A stretch of DNA of 64,000 bases from Wickerhamiella versatilis. Lineage: Eukaryota. Positions 10,422-22,032 of the stretch are shown one piece after another (the stretch's first letter is position 1; every line of letters begins with the position of its first letter). The notes under the pieces are model-generated. The model made no database searches. It was not told the DNA's origin and was given only the letters and a program-made list of their open reading frames with translations. The position numbers and the translations under genes were made by a program. The DNA is taken from assembly GCA_030867685.1 (NCBI GenBank), contig JAQOWU010000007.1:1488001-1552000 (forward strand), in the 5' to 3' direction.

Positions 10422-11720
10422 ATGTCGAACCAGTCAGTGGTCGGCGTACACTACCGTGTCGGAAAAAAGATTGGGGAAGGTTCCTTTGGGGTTATCTTTG
10501 ATGGGACTAACCTTCTAAACAACCATCAGGTAGCTATCAAGTTCGAGCCGAGAAAATCTGATGCACCACAGCTCAGGGACGAATATCGTACCTACAAGAA
10601 TCTCTATGGCTGTCTAGGGATTCCCAACGTATATTACTTCGGCCAGGAGGGTCTCCACAACATCCTTGTCATTGACCTACTGGGACCATCCCTGGAAGAT
10701 CTGTTTGATTGGTGTGGCAGGCGTTTTAGTTTAAAGACAGTTGTTATGATTGCGAAGCAAATGATTTCCCGAGTACAGACTATCCATGAGCGCAGTCTCA
10801 TTTATCGCGATATAAAACCGGATAATTTCCTAATTGGGCGACCTGGAACCTCTACGGCAAACCTGATATATGTTGTTGATTTTGGCATGGCCAAGCAATA
10901 TCGCGACCCTGTAACCAAACAGCATATTCCCTACAGAGAACGTAAGTCGCTGTCTGGTACTGCTAGGTACATGTCGATTAATACCCACCTTGGTCGTGAA
11001 CAAAGCCGACGTGATGACTTGGAGGCATTGGGACATGTATTCATGTACTTTTTGCGAGGTGGGTTGCCATGGCAAGGTCTGAAAGCCGCAACAAATAAGC
11101 AGAAATATGAAAAAATTGGAGAGAAAAAGCAGACTACCCATGTACGAGATCTCTGCGAAGGTTTTCCGATTCAGTTCCAACACTATGTGACGTACGTCCG
11201 GGAACTAGGCTTTGAGGAACAGCCTGACTATGACTATCTCCGTCGCCTTATGACTGAGGCGTTGAAGACGACTGGAGAAGCTGAGGACGGCGACTACGAC
11301 TGGATGCATCTTAATGGTGGTAAAGGGTTCGACTCTTCCAACAAAAAGCCGAATCTTCATGGATATGGGCATCCTAATCCACCAGGCCACCGTGGAGGTC
11401 GCCATCACACAACTCAGCCAATCCAGCCCACAAACGCGGCTACGCGCCACGCTACCCGAAGACATGTCGGCGCGAACAACCCGGCTATCAGCCCCGCGGG
11501 GGCAACACCTGCACCGCAAAACCAGCCAACTACGCAGGCAGCACCGGTCCCCCAAAGCCATACCCCTGCTGCAAACGATAAGCCTTATCGCGATAATAAC
11601 CAGTATTACAACCAGGCACAGCAAAATGGCCAGCGGGAAGCCGGTCGCTCACAACAAAACAATGCGTACGATGAGAGCACATCAATTCATGGTAAAGGCT
11701 GGTGGTGCTGCTGCTTTTGA
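10422..11720 (+). CDS. Casein kinase I, Yck1/2/3 type, lipidated C-terminus
   Basis: [33 protein letters not shown], Gln/Pro-rich tail ending WWCCCF. Confidence 0.97.
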   Translation: MSNQSVVGVHYRVGKKIGEGSFGVIFDGTNLLNNHQVAIKFEPRKSDAPQLRDEYRTYKNLYGCLGIPNVYYFGQEGLHNILVIDLLGPSLEDLFDWCGRRFSLKTVVMIAKQMISRVQTIHERSLIYRDIKPDNFLIGRPGTSTANLIYVVDFGMAKQYRDPVTKQHIPYRERKSLSGTARYMSINTHLGREQSRRDDLEALGHVFMYFLRGGLPWQGLKAATNKQKYEKIGEKKQTTHVRDLCEGFPIQFQHYVTYVRELGFEEQPDYDYLRRLMTEALKTTGEAEDGDYDWMHLNGGKGFDSSNKKPNLHGYGHPNPPGHRGGRHHTTQPIQPTNAATRHATRRHVGANNPAISPAGATPAPQNQPTTQAAPVPQSHTPAANDKPYRDNNQYYNQAQQNGQREAGRSQQNNAYDESTSIHGKGWWCCCF

Positions 11721-12121
11721 AATGTCTTCTATGGCATCGTTTTACTCTTGTCTCTCTCGGTAGGGCCTAATTGCTTCATCATTCACACTTCTTATTGAAA
11801 TAAAATTTATAGGTAGCAATATTATGTATATTACGACAAATAGCTCAAAAATTTGTGCTGCTCTCTTATGATAGTGCACTTGCCCATACACTTACGTGCG
11901 GGTAAAATGGTGCGCCTCATCGAATTGCAATGAGATATTTATATATATAGCAATATGAAATATTCACTGAAAAATTAACTAACCAAGCTGGTATTAATTA
12001 TCTCCAATTGATCCAAGGATTGCTAATGGAGAATCACGAAGTATTGGCACCAGCAACCCTCTACCTATCTGGTAACAACATAGCTTCTTACACTGAGCAC
12101 GTCTGTATTATATAATCACAG

Positions 12122-12742
12122 ATGTCGAATCCCACGGAAATTAATGGCGGGTCGGCACTCGCGATGATAGGGAAGGACTGCGTGGCTGTCGCAGGTGACT
12201 TGCGTCTAGGAATGCAAAGTGTTGGTGTCGCGAATAATTTTGAAAAGGTCTTCGACTACGATGGCGTGTTCTTGGGTCTGACGGGTCTTGCCACCGATGT
12301 GCAGACACTGTCCACAGAGTTTCGAAAGCGCCATAACCTGTACAAACTGCGTGAGGAAAGGAATATGGAGCCGGAAACATTGGCCCACCTTGTCAGCTCG
12401 ACCCTTTATGGGCGTCGGTTTGGCCCTTATTTCGTGGGTCCCCTTGTTGCAGGGATGAATTCCAAAACAGATAAACCGTTTATTTGCAGCTTTGATTCCA
12501 TTGGATGTATCGACTACGCGAAGGACTTTGTGGTGGTTGGCACCGCTTCGGACCAGCTGTACGGTATGTGTGAAAGTCTTTGGCAACCCGATCTCGGTCC
12601 TGACGAACTTGCTGAGACCATTTCACAATGTTTAATGAGTGCCACTGACCGTGATTGTCTGTCAGGATGGGGTGCTATTGTCTATATTGTTGAGGCAGGA
12701 GGAAAAGTCACTCGTCGGGTTCTTAGGTCGCGACAAGACTAG
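12122..12742 (+). CDS. PUP3: Proteasome core subunit beta-3
   Basis: MSNPTEINGG...GKDCVA, GLATDVQT, RRFGPYFV, DRDCLSGWG, RQD end. Confidence 0.97.
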   Translation: MSNPTEINGGSALAMIGKDCVAVAGDLRLGMQSVGVANNFEKVFDYDGVFLGLTGLATDVQTLSTEFRKRHNLYKLREERNMEPETLAHLVSSTLYGRRFGPYFVGPLVAGMNSKTDKPFICSFDSIGCIDYAKDFVVVGTASDQLYGMCESLWQPDLGPDELAETISQCLMSATDRDCLSGWGAIVYIVEAGGKVTRRVLRSRQD

Positions 12743-12878
12743 CGCAGGCGCTTTGTCTTTTATTAGCCAATAAACAAGTATAGTAGGAGCTGTAGTGTTT
12801 ATTCTAGAGTTAAAATGAGTCCTTCCCGTCAGTTTTCAAAAAAGTGGCATTTGACTAATATAATCCGGTTATACTCAG

Positions 12879-13700
12879 ATGCGGCTCCTTTTGTGCCGCG
12901 GCTTTCACTCGAGTATTGCGGTCGGCGCTCGACAGAAGTATCTCAAGAAGATAAATAAATTGCACAAGCATTGGGCCAAGCAGCTTTTTCGTCCTCAGCC
13001 TGAATATGTTGACCCTGTTCTCGGACGTCCCCAAGTTCCCTTCCTGGCCCGTTTGCGGGCCGATATTGGCCAACCTGAGGGGCAAATAGACTCTTTCGAG
13101 CCAGAAGCAACCTCTAGGCTAGTGTTTGGTGCTGAGATTGCTCACCAGAAGCGCTTGGATGAGCTTCAGGATGTGACACACGTTGGCCTCCAGGCAGCAC
13201 ATAAACGTGAAGCACTTGCCCGCATTATTTCTCTTAGCAACTCAAGTGGAGAGCAACTTCAGAAAAAAGCTATTAATATAGCCGAGCGAGAATTTGCACG
13301 TAAAGAGGGCGATACAGGCTCTCCGGAAGTTCAAGCTGCGGTACTTACAGTTCGCATCCACTTCCTGGCTCGTCACTTAAAGGAGAACAGAAAGGATTTA
13401 CAGACGAAGCGACGCATTGAACACCTTGTACAGACCCGCCGTATTCTATTGCTTTACTTGAAACGAAAAGATCCACGTCGCTACTTGTGGACGATTGAAA
13501 AGCTTGGCCTGAGCGATGATGCCGTCACTGCAGAATTTCACATGAGCCGCAAGTACCTGTGGCAGACGCAGTTCTTTGGCGATAAGACACTGCCGCTAAA
13601 GAAGACCAAGAAGGATACTCGCAGGCAGCGACAACTTGAAAGACGGAAGGAAAGGGCCTTGCGTTATCTCACTCAAAACAACCCTGAAATGCTTCTTTAA
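12879..13700 (+). CDS. MRPS28: Mitochondrial ribosomal protein uS15m
   Basis: Presequence-like N-terminus, S15 motif FARKEGDTGSPEVQAAVLTVRI. Confidence 0.92.
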   Translation: MRLLLCRGFHSSIAVGARQKYLKKINKLHKHWAKQLFRPQPEYVDPVLGRPQVPFLARLRADIGQPEGQIDSFEPEATSRLVFGAEIAHQKRLDELQDVTHVGLQAAHKREALARIISLSNSSGEQLQKKAINIAEREFARKEGDTGSPEVQAAVLTVRIHFLARHLKENRKDLQTKRRIEHLVQTRRILLLYLKRKDPRRYLWTIEKLGLSDDAVTAEFHMSRKYLWQTQFFGDKTLPLKKTKKDTRRQRQLERRKERALRYLTQNNPEMLL

Positions 13701-13734
13701 CAATTCTGTACATAGCTTAATAGCGATAAATATT

Positions 13735-15087
13735 CTAGAATTTTTTCTCGAGAAAGTCCTTGATAGGGGTTCCAACGTTCTTAACGTCGATAAGGAAAGT
13801 GTCGTGCCCGAAATGGCTTTTGGCATATTCGAGCTCCACATGTGTCACGCGGTTGTTGCCTGTATCGCGCAATGCATCGCAGATTTCTTGCTGTTGGTGA
13901 CATGGAAAGAGAACATCACTTTGAACACCGAGCACGAAGGTAGGGATATTAGCAATCGGTTGCATACCCTCCACCAAATCACTGTGAGAAAGAGGTGTTA
14001 CATTTTTCCGTAGCTGCGGGACATAGTCTTCCCGGGGCACGGAGCAACGCTGATCCGTATGCTCTCTCCACTTCGCCGGATCCCTAGAGACTTGGTTTTT
14101 TCGGCCTAAATCAAAAAGATCCATCGCTTTGGAAATATATAGGAGGGAGTTTGCATCGTACTGGAGACAAAATTTCTCCCCCTGGTGATCTAGGTAGGTT
14201 TCAATTAGGAAATCTGGGCATAAGGCAGGAGGCTGCGATGAATCTAATCGATCTCTAGCAAACCTGCTATCCCACTCAGGTCCTGAACGATATGTAATTG
14301 TTGCAAACTGCCGAGCCATCTTCATACCAATATGTGGGGGAACTCCATCATAATAAAACCCCCTATTCCAGTGAGGATCAGACATAAGGGCTTGCCGCTG
14401 GACGTAGCGCATTGCAATCGCTGAAGGCGGAGTTCTTGCGCATCCACTGACACTCACGACCCGACCAACCATTTCAGGATAATCTCTTGCCATGGCCAAA
14501 CTTTGCATTCCACCCATCGATGATCCAACGCTGGCCCATAGCTGGCGTATCCCAAATTGATGTACCAAGAGCTCCTTCTGCGCACGTATCATGTCATGAA
14601 TCGTAATTATTGGGAAATTTGTTGCATATCTTTCCTTTGATCCTGGTTGAAACGAGGAAGGCCCCGTGGTCCCGTAACAGCTTCCTAGCACATTAGTGCA
14701 TATCACAAAGAATTTGTTCGTATCTACACTCAAACCAGGTCCTATGAACTTCTCCCACCAACCGGGGGTCGTGTTCTTGGAATGGCTACGGGCATGGGAC
14801 GAGGGACTAAGTCCTGTATGCAGAAGAATAGCGTTTGACTTATCAGCATTCAGTTTGCCCCATGTCTCAAACGCGATATCAACATCTTTGAGCACCCTAC
14901 CATAATCAAGTGTCAATTCTGGTAACCGCCACAGTTCGAAACCTGATCCCTTAGAGTAAACTGGTTCCGGGCCGCTTTCCTCAATCATTCGTGTCCGCTC
15001 TTCAACCCGATCAAGACATGGGAAAGAAATCTGTGGTTGCTGGAACCGTCTAGCCGCAACTGAAAACAATCGCACTAGCGATGGCAT
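13735..15087 (-). CDS. Mitochondrial MetX-family acyltransferase, serine O-succinyl/acetyltransferase (Cys2/CysA type)
   Basis: Presequence, [24 protein letters not shown] nucleophile elbow, [20 protein letters not shown]. Confidence 0.88.
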   Translation of the reverse strand: MPSLVRLFSVAARRFQQPQISFPCLDRVEERTRMIEESGPEPVYSKGSGFELWRLPELTLDYGRVLKDVDIAFETWGKLNADKSNAILLHTGLSPSSHARSHSKNTTPGWWEKFIGPGLSVDTNKFFVICTNVLGSCYGTTGPSSFQPGSKERYATNFPIITIHDMIRAQKELLVHQFGIRQLWASVGSSMGGMQSLAMARDYPEMVGRVVSVSGCARTPPSAIAMRYVQRQALMSDPHWNRGFYYDGVPPHIGMKMARQFATITYRSGPEWDSRFARDRLDSSQPPALCPDFLIETYLDHQGEKFCLQYDANSLLYISKAMDLFDLGRKNQVSRDPAKWREHTDQRCSVPREDYVPQLRKNVTPLSHSDLVEGMQPIANIPTFVLGVQSDVLFPCHQQQEICDALRDTGNNRVTHVELEYAKSHFGHDTFLIDVKNVGTPIKDFLEKKF

Positions 15088-15136
15088 ATCCAGCGTAGTG
15101 GAATGATTTGTGACGAAAAAGGTGGTGGTGCAATTG

Positions 15137-15144
15137 CACGTGAC
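15137..15144. promoter_or_regulatory. Cbf1-type site CACGTGAC 50 bp upstream of the sulfur-pathway acyltransferase
   Basis: Matches RTCACGTG on the minus strand, the classic sulfur-regulon element. Confidence 0.55.
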
Positions 15145-15283
15145 TGATCACGGCCAGGGTCCAACAGAAGATAATAACGAAAAAAATTAATTTACACTTG
15201 AATAAGTCGGTAATATTTATAGCAGAAGAAATAGATACAGTAAAATTAAGCTGAAACTACAGCAATGCATGTCCGACGGTTTT

Positions 15284-15691
15284 TTAGGCAACATTTTCAT
15301 TAATTACGGCTGCTGAGGCCTCATTATTTTCCTGTGGTTGCACATGCGTCGTATCCTGTGGCATATTATCATCTATACCAGCCCATTTTTTCCAGAAAGA
15401 ATCCATGAGAGCTTGCGCAACTTCGACCTTCCCTATTTCCTCCCGAAATGATGGCTGTTGAAGCAACGTGAGCATGTATAGGCAATTAGGATATACAATG
15501 AATCGAAGATATGGTGGATCCCGCCAGAATTCGAGATATTCGAGATAGTTGAGAAATTCCCGTGATTCCAAATACTTATTTTGAGCGAGAAAGTGGACAT
15601 ACATGGGATTTGCAAGACTCTGAACAAATTCCAAATCCGCCTCCCACCGTGTTGGGGGCTGGAGAGTTTGTTCATTCACCTGCTCTTCCAT
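15284..15691 (-). CDS. SOH1: Mediator subunit Med31
   Basis: [31 protein letters not shown]. True start taken as MEEQV at 15691; the ORF-track extension overlaps SCS3. Confidence 0.93.
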   Translation of the reverse strand: MEEQVNEQTLQPPTRWEADLEFVQSLANPMYVHFLAQNKYLESREFLNYLEYLEFWRDPPYLRFIVYPNCLYMLTLLQQPSFREEIGKVEVAQALMDSFWKKWAGIDDNMPQDTTHVQPQENNEASAAVINENVA

Positions 15692-15755
15692 TCTAGGGAA
15701 GGTTACCACCGTCCAAGAATGAAAGCTCAATCTGCTATGTAAGCAGTAGCTAACT

Positions 15756-16463
15756 ATGAGTATTATCCGAGAAAAAATCGCTTTGCTATCCCTATATCCA
15801 GCAATTGTGGTACTGGGAAGCATGGCCAGCTTCACTGCTCATGATTCTTTCTTTGCGGATAAAAGAAATTTTATCAACCAATGGTTTGTCAAACGCGGAT
15901 GGCTTTGGTTCACCCTGTGTTATGTGGCTGCTGTATTTCGTCAGAAAAAACCCCATTGGAAACATATTGTGCTTCGCTATGTAGTTGCTACTCTTTGGTG
16001 GGTTATATTTGCGCAGTGGCTTTTTGGTGCGCCACTAATGGATCGTATTTTTGTCTGGACAGGTGGTCAATGCTCTGGAGATACGGTGGTTACAACATCT
16101 CGTGCTTGCCGTTTAACAGGAGGGACATGGAGTGGTGGACATGACCCCAGTGGACACATATTCATTATTGTGCACTCATCTCTCGTTTTGCTGATGGAAT
16201 TGTGGCCTGGTATAAAGGCTGATAGATCTCTTAGCAATACTAGCATTGGGGAGCGTATATCGCTATCTCTTCTAGTTCTCTGGGGATGGATGCTCCTCAT
16301 GACTTCAGTATACTTTCATTCTATACCAGAGAAGCTTAGTGGTCTCTTTTTGGGGCTATTAGAGGTGGCTGTTGTGTATCTAGGGGGCGAATATCACAGC
16401 TGGGGACTATATTTTGGCGTGGGGGAACCTGAGGAGAGTGAAACCAAAATACCAACGCAATAA
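15756..16463 (+). CDS. SCS3: FIT-family acyl-CoA diphosphatase
   Basis: [35 protein letters not shown]. Confidence 0.9.
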   Translation: MSIIREKIALLSLYPAIVVLGSMASFTAHDSFFADKRNFINQWFVKRGWLWFTLCYVAAVFRQKKPHWKHIVLRYVVATLWWVIFAQWLFGAPLMDRIFVWTGGQCSGDTVVTTSRACRLTGGTWSGGHDPSGHIFIIVHSSLVLLMELWPGIKADRSLSNTSIGERISLSLLVLWGWMLLMTSVYFHSIPEKLSGLFLGLLEVAVVYLGGEYHSWGLYFGVGEPEESETKIPTQ

Positions 16464-16596
16464 TTATAATATTTCAACGTATACTCCGTTGCTCACCTGC
16501 ATACATGGCAAACAAGCATTATAAGATTTTGGAAGTACCTAAACCTTACCTTAGGACACGCACACCCCACGTAAGCGGCGGTCTCGTTACAGCTAG

Positions 16597-18159
16597 ATGG
16601 AAGCTGGGGACCTCCAAAGACGTGAAGCACATGCGCATTCTCGCAGTGACTTAGAGCTTCCCACATTTCAGTCTCTGGAATTTGAAACTGAGCAGAATGA
16701 CCAACCATTTGTCCTAGGAATATCGCAACTCAATAAAAAGGATTACGCTAACTTCTGGTTCTTGACAATACTCTACCTCATACAGGGTATACCAGTAGGT
16801 CTCGCATTTGGAAGTATTCCTTTCCTATTGAAAGAGCGGTTGAGTTATACACAGGTTGGCTTTTTTACGTTTGCCTCATATCCTTACAGCCTGAAGCTGC
16901 TATGGTCGCCCGTGGTGGATGGCTTTTTTATTAAAGGCTTTGGCCGACGAAGGTCCTGGATAGTCCCAATCCAGTGTTTTTCATCAGCTGTTTTGCTGAT
17001 ACTGAGTTTCCAGGCTAACGCGGTGATAGCAGATGCTGAACAAAATCTGGGTTATTTGACATTTGTTTTTGGTATCCTGGTGTTTGGATGCGCAACTCAA
17101 GATATTGCCGTGGATGGCTGGGCCTTGACTCTTTTGAGCCACGGTGCTTTGCCCTATGCAAGCACTGCCCAAACTATCGGTATCAACACGGGGTATTTTA
17201 CGAGTTTCACGGTATTTCTTGCTCTCAGCTCCCCTGAATTCGCCAATAAATTCTTTCGATCCACCCCCGGGACAGATGGTCTTGTCACGTTGAATGGCTA
17301 TCTGTTCTGGTGCTCATTGGTATATTCAGTAGTCACCTTATATGTGTATCTTGGGAAGCATGAGCGTGATGATGCACAAAGATCTAACTTAGGGTCTCAA
17401 TCCACTTTACGGATCTACGAGCAAATGTTACATGTCATCAGACTACCAGCTATGAAGTCCTTGATTCTTGTTCATCTCGTAGCCAAGATCGCCTTTCAAA
17501 CGCAGGACGCAGTCACCAATCTTAAGCTTATCGAGAAAGGTCTGTCGAAAGAGGAGCTGGCACTTGTGGTGCTTATAGATTTCCCCTTTGAGACAGTATT
17601 TGGGTATTATGCTGCTAAATGGAGCACAGGACCAGATCCCTTAAAACCTTGGCTTTTTGCATTCATTTGGCGTATATTTTTCGTATGCATTGCGATGTCC
17701 CAGGTCTTTTTCTTTCCTCGCGGAGGAGCTGGTCTGTATTATCTGATTTATGTTATTCTCGTACATGTGATGGGCAATTTCCTGTCCACAGTCCAATTTG
17801 TCTCGATCACTGCATTCCATACTAAAATAGCCGACCCAGAAATCGGAGGAACATATATGACCATCTTAAACACTTTGTGTAATTTTGGTGGTCAATGGCC
17901 TCGCTATTTTGTTTTATTGGGTGTCGATGCATTCACTTCGGCAACTTGCCTTGAGACTGGAAAGAGTTGCGCCACTCAGGACCTCAAACGCGAATGCCCA
18001 GGAACTTGTGAGGTCCATCGAGATGGCTATTATGTTATGAATATAATATGCATATTTGCTGGGCTTCTGCTATTTTATGGGTTTATCCGGCGTACTATGA
18101 CCAACCTCCAGCACTTACCAACATCTATGTGGAGGTGTACTGTTACAAAGCCGCTCTAG
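16597..18159 (+). CDS. Acetyl-CoA transporter AT-1/SLC33A1-like MFS protein
   Basis: LYLIQGIPVGL, PYSLKLLWSPVVD, GRRRSWIVP, ATQDIAVDGWAL, DPEIGGTYMT. Confidence 0.93.
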   Translation: MEAGDLQRREAHAHSRSDLELPTFQSLEFETEQNDQPFVLGISQLNKKDYANFWFLTILYLIQGIPVGLAFGSIPFLLKERLSYTQVGFFTFASYPYSLKLLWSPVVDGFFIKGFGRRRSWIVPIQCFSSAVLLILSFQANAVIADAEQNLGYLTFVFGILVFGCATQDIAVDGWALTLLSHGALPYASTAQTIGINTGYFTSFTVFLALSSPEFANKFFRSTPGTDGLVTLNGYLFWCSLVYSVVTLYVYLGKHERDDAQRSNLGSQSTLRIYEQMLHVIRLPAMKSLILVHLVAKIAFQTQDAVTNLKLIEKGLSKEELALVVLIDFPFETVFGYYAAKWSTGPDPLKPWLFAFIWRIFFVCIAMSQVFFFPRGGAGLYYLIYVILVHVMGNFLSTVQFVSITAFHTKIADPEIGGTYMTILNTLCNFGGQWPRYFVLLGVDAFTSATCLETGKSCATQDLKRECPGTCEVHRDGYYVMNIICIFAGLLLFYGFIRRTMTNLQHLPTSMWRCTVTKPL

Positions 18160-18377
18160 TCATATATCGTGGCATTAAGGAAGGACTCCGGGGAATGATA
18201 CGTAGGTCTTTCAGGATTACTTTGCTAGAGCATATATGCTGACGCCGTCTTCTCTGTCAAATATAAATTCCCAGTCGGTTAAATTTCCATGTCTATACGC
18301 AATTCGGATGAAGTATAGATTAAAAATGATAGATTTAACAATATCCCTATAATTCACAAAATTACCCTTGCCCTACC

Positions 18378-19043
18378 ATGAAGATACTCGCAATCAGTGG
18401 TCCAAGTTGCAGCGGCAAATCGACGTTGTCACGGCATTTGCGTCTCGTTTTACCAAACTTGACATTAGTATATGAGGATGACTTTTATTATCCAGACAGG
18501 GACATTCCCTACACAGGTCATCTCCAAAATTGGGATTGTCCGGCCGCATTCAACTTAGATCGCCTGAAAGAGTACTTGACCAAGCTCAGGGAATCAGGCA
18601 AGCAAGGTGCACCTGAATTTGAAAGTGTGGAACAGTATAATGAGCGAGGTGAAAAATTCTTGACCGATGAAGAGCTCATATCTTTGCGCAAGAAGTACGC
18701 AGACTTCAATGAGCATATCGTGGTAGTGGATGGAATCATGCTCTTTCAAGAGAGTAGCTCCCTCTGGGATATATTCGACGTGAAAATTTTATTTGGTGGC
18801 TCGCACGATGAACTCAAAGCCCGGCGAGAAGCACGCACAGCATACACAACGGTCGAAGGCTTTTGGCAAGATCCTCCTGGATACTTTGATGATATAGTCT
18901 GGCCAGAATTCCGAAAAGAATATGGCTATTTGTACGATTCAGAAGGTAATCTATCAAACATCGCTAATCACAAGGGGATACTCAAACCGCCCACAACATA
19001 TATGCCTAAGCTTTTAGAATGGACTATTAGCTTAATTTCGTAG
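18378..19043 (+). CDS. NRK1: Nicotinamide riboside kinase
   Basis: ISGPSCSGKST, EDDFY, NWDCPAA, GFWQDPPGYFDDIVWP. Confidence 0.92.
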   Translation: MKILAISGPSCSGKSTLSRHLRLVLPNLTLVYEDDFYYPDRDIPYTGHLQNWDCPAAFNLDRLKEYLTKLRESGKQGAPEFESVEQYNERGEKFLTDEELISLRKKYADFNEHIVVVDGIMLFQESSSLWDIFDVKILFGGSHDELKARREARTAYTTVEGFWQDPPGYFDDIVWPEFRKEYGYLYDSEGNLSNIANHKGILKPPTTYMPKLLEWTISLIS

Positions 19044-19082
19044 TAGCGACGATAAAAATTGTCCAGAGATCTAAGTATTTTT

Positions 19083-20138
19083 TTACTCAAGATAAAGAGC
19101 CTTCTTTGCAGCCTTGTAAACCACATCAGTGTCTGGGAACGCGAAGTCCTCAAGGGGTTTCGAGTATGGCGTAGGCACCTCAGCTCCCGTGCAACGTTCA
19201 ACTGGTGCATCGAGGTAATCAAAAGCCTCGGACTCCATGATTCGGCCCGAAATCTCAGAGCCGAACCCGAAGCATGGGTAACCAGCCTCAACAGTCACAA
19301 CACGACCAGTCTTCTTGATGGAGGCTTCAATAGTGGGCCAATCAAGGGGGCGAATAGTACGTACATTCACGACCTCTGCATTAACGCCATCGTGTTCCTT
19401 GAGGAGTTTAGCTGCGCCGAGGGCGAACTCAACATTGCGGGAGTGAGCAACGATCGTAACATCACTACCCTCACGCTCGATTTTAGCTTTACCAATAGGA
19501 ATCAAAAAATCAGGATTGTGGAAATCCTCAGAAACTTCAAAACTCTCACCGTAAATAATTTCATTTTCCAGGCAGACTACTGGGTTTGGATCACGAATAG
19601 CCGACTTAAGAAGTCCCTTTGCATCTTCCGCACTGTAAGGAGCAATCACCTTCAAGCCTGGAATGGCACCATACCATGAGGTGTAATCTTGCGAATGCTG
19701 CGCAGCAACACCCGCAGCGGCGCCGTTAGGACCACGGAACACCACTGGACAGTTAGTTAGACCACCAGTCATGTAATATGTCTTTGCACCTGAGTTCAAA
19801 ATCTGATCTATAGATTGCATCGCGAAGTTGAAAGTCATAAATTCGCAAACAGGTTTGAGCCCCGCAAGCGCAGCACCAACACAAAGACCTGTGAAGCCCA
19901 TCTCTGTGATAGGCGTGTCTACTATACGCTGCTCGCCAAACTTATCGAGCAAGCCTCGTGTCACCTTGTATGCACCTTGGTACTGAGCAACTTCTTCACC
20001 CATTACAAAAACGCGGTCATCACGCTCAAGCTCCTCGGACATGGCCTGGTTCAAGGCGTCACGTACAGTACAAGTTGACGCAAGGCGCTTGAAGGATGCG
20101 ACAGCCGGGAAACGAGCAGAAGCGATCGTGCGTAGCAT
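19083..20138 (-). CDS. PDB1: Pyruvate dehydrogenase E1 beta subunit
   Basis: [34 protein letters not shown]. First ATG at 20138. Confidence 0.97.
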   Translation of the reverse strand: MLRTIASARFPAVASFKRLASTCTVRDALNQAMSEELERDDRVFVMGEEVAQYQGAYKVTRGLLDKFGEQRIVDTPITEMGFTGLCVGAALAGLKPVCEFMTFNFAMQSIDQILNSGAKTYYMTGGLTNCPVVFRGPNGAAAGVAAQHSQDYTSWYGAIPGLKVIAPYSAEDAKGLLKSAIRDPNPVVCLENEIIYGESFEVSEDFHNPDFLIPIGKAKIEREGSDVTIVAHSRNVEFALGAAKLLKEHDGVNAEVVNVRTIRPLDWPTIEASIKKTGRVVTVEAGYPCFGFGSEISGRIMESEAFDYLDAPVERCTGAEVPTPYSKPLEDFAFPDTDVVYKAAKKALYLE

Positions 20139-20492
20139 CACTGGTGTTGGGGATCTATATTTGTCAGCGGCACTAAGTAGTCCTGATTGGATTCAAAAGA
20201 CTTGGCATATGTTCAGACCTTTTATAGTTTTTTTAGTTTATTTATTGGAAAGTAAATTGTCTATCAGCATAAATGATCTTTCAAATGTCGGCTAGTTGAA
20301 AACAAGACCGATCACTAAGTACCAAGCGAGACCTTTTTTTATGACCTAGCCCATCTAATGCTCTAACGCTTTGCGAAAATATATCGTCTAAGGCCGTAAA
20401 TGTTTCATTTATCTGATTCTATAAGATGAAGGGGGTGATTGTTCGGTTAATAAAATCCTATGCAGAAATAGAGTGCTTTGACTTTCTCAACA

Positions 20493-21941
20493 CTAGCGTC
20501 TTTTGAAAGCTCGTGGCTTGGTTGAAATTCCGGCACGCTTTTTCGGGATCTTCGACCTTCCTGTAGATGCAACGAGCCAATCACCTATTTCACAACCGCT
20601 CTGGCGCATCACATTGATAACTGGCTTTAAGCCATTAGTATCATCCTTAGAAAAAAATGTTATTGCCTTGCCGGTACGCCCTGCTCGACCTGTCCGCCCG
20701 ATACGATGCACATATGCCTGAGCCGTGAGAGGAATGTCATAATTGATCACAGCATTCACACCAGCAAAATCAATACCGCGTGCCAGCACATCAGTACAGA
20801 TCAGAACCCACACTTCACCCTGCTTAAAACTATTAACGGCTTTTTCTCGCTGGCTTTGAGTCAATTCGGAATGAATTACATCAACGTTCATCTTATCATA
20901 GATCAGTTCGTGAAACAAAGCTTTGGCTCGCAGCACACTTTGAACAAATACAAGAATAGGAGGATTTAGTGAGCCATTAACAAGCATTTGCCTTAGAGCG
21001 GTGAGCTTGCCGAACTCATTACCACAGTATTTTAATTCTTGGTCAATAGTCTGGGCCGCTGCTTCCTTGTGGCCAACTAATACACGAATTGGTCTGTTCA
21101 TGATGCTCATTGCAAGCTCTTCGACATTTGAAGGAAGTGTTGCGCTAAATATGGCCTTTGTAACCCCCTTATCAGGCAAGAGAGCGGCAATTTCATCTGT
21201 CTGTTCCACAAACCCCTCGCTTAATAGCCTGTCCGCCTCATCCAGTACAAAGTATTTGACAAAGCTGGTATCTACTAGACCTGTTTTCGCGGCTTCAAGA
21301 AATCGCATTGGAGTAGCCACAACGAGATCCAGTATCTGTTTCGAGCCAGCATTATTATTTTTTAGTTTTCCAATCATAGCTTTGGATAAAACACCTACGG
21401 CAAGCTTTGTGTCTCGTGTCAGTTCACAAGATACCTGATATATTTGAGAAGCCAACTCCCTCGTGGGACTTATAATTACCGCACGGGTTTGGTGTTTTCG
21501 TCCGTCCCAGCCTTGAAGCAGCTTTTCAACCAAAGGTGCAACAAATGCAATCGTTTTTCCTGATCCTGTTGGTGCACATGCAACAAGATCATTCTGGTCC
21601 AGTAGCGCAGGGATAGCTTCACATTGAATTGGTGTTGGTTTCACGAAATCGTAATGAACGAGATTTTTAAGAAGAGTTGGATCAAGCTTCGATTCCATCT
21701 CTTGGAACGACATTAATGGTTCTGGCGCTTCACCACTTATGCGAATCTTGTTGGCACCTCTAAACTCCCCTACTTGTTTCGGTCCATCAGCCATATTAGT
21801 ATGAGACTTACTCTCATCTGATCCCTTAAAGAAGTCTGGACTTTCAGAATCTGTGGGTCTCCTCGCCTGAAAGCTCTCTAGATCCTTCTTTTGCTTAGCA
21901 CCAATGCTAGCCCCTCTGGACAAAAGTCGAAATAGATCCAT
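20493..21941 (-). CDS. ROK1: DEAD-box RNA helicase Rok1/DDX52
   Basis: MDLFRLLSRGAS, APTGSGKT, DEAD, SAT, RAKALFHEL, HRIGRTGR. Confidence 0.94.
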   Translation of the reverse strand: MDLFRLLSRGASIGAKQKKDLESFQARRPTDSESPDFFKGSDESKSHTNMADGPKQVGEFRGANKIRISGEAPEPLMSFQEMESKLDPTLLKNLVHYDFVKPTPIQCEAIPALLDQNDLVACAPTGSGKTIAFVAPLVEKLLQGWDGRKHQTRAVIISPTRELASQIYQVSCELTRDTKLAVGVLSKAMIGKLKNNNAGSKQILDLVVATPMRFLEAAKTGLVDTSFVKYFVLDEADRLLSEGFVEQTDEIAALLPDKGVTKAIFSATLPSNVEELAMSIMNRPIRVLVGHKEAAAQTIDQELKYCGNEFGKLTALRQMLVNGSLNPPILVFVQSVLRAKALFHELIYDKMNVDVIHSELTQSQREKAVNSFKQGEVWVLICTDVLARGIDFAGVNAVINYDIPLTAQAYVHRIGRTGRAGRTGKAITFFSKDDTNGLKPVINVMRQSGCEIGDWLVASTGRSKIPKKRAGISTKPRAFKRR

Positions 21942-22032
21942 TTTTAAAAATTACGTAATTACAACCAAAGTTCAAGCGCTTTAAGGTTACTCGCGTAGAA
22001 GCACAACACCACTATAAGCCTACAGAAACTGT

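Noticed and set aside
10680..10703. Possible CUG-Ser or CUG-Ala genetic code
   Set aside because: CTG codons sit at invariant Leu positions of casein kinase I (LLGPSLEDL), so the standard code fits.
12072..12121. Possible GTAACA...CAG intron before the PUP3 ATG
   Set aside because: No branch consensus; the CDS is already complete.
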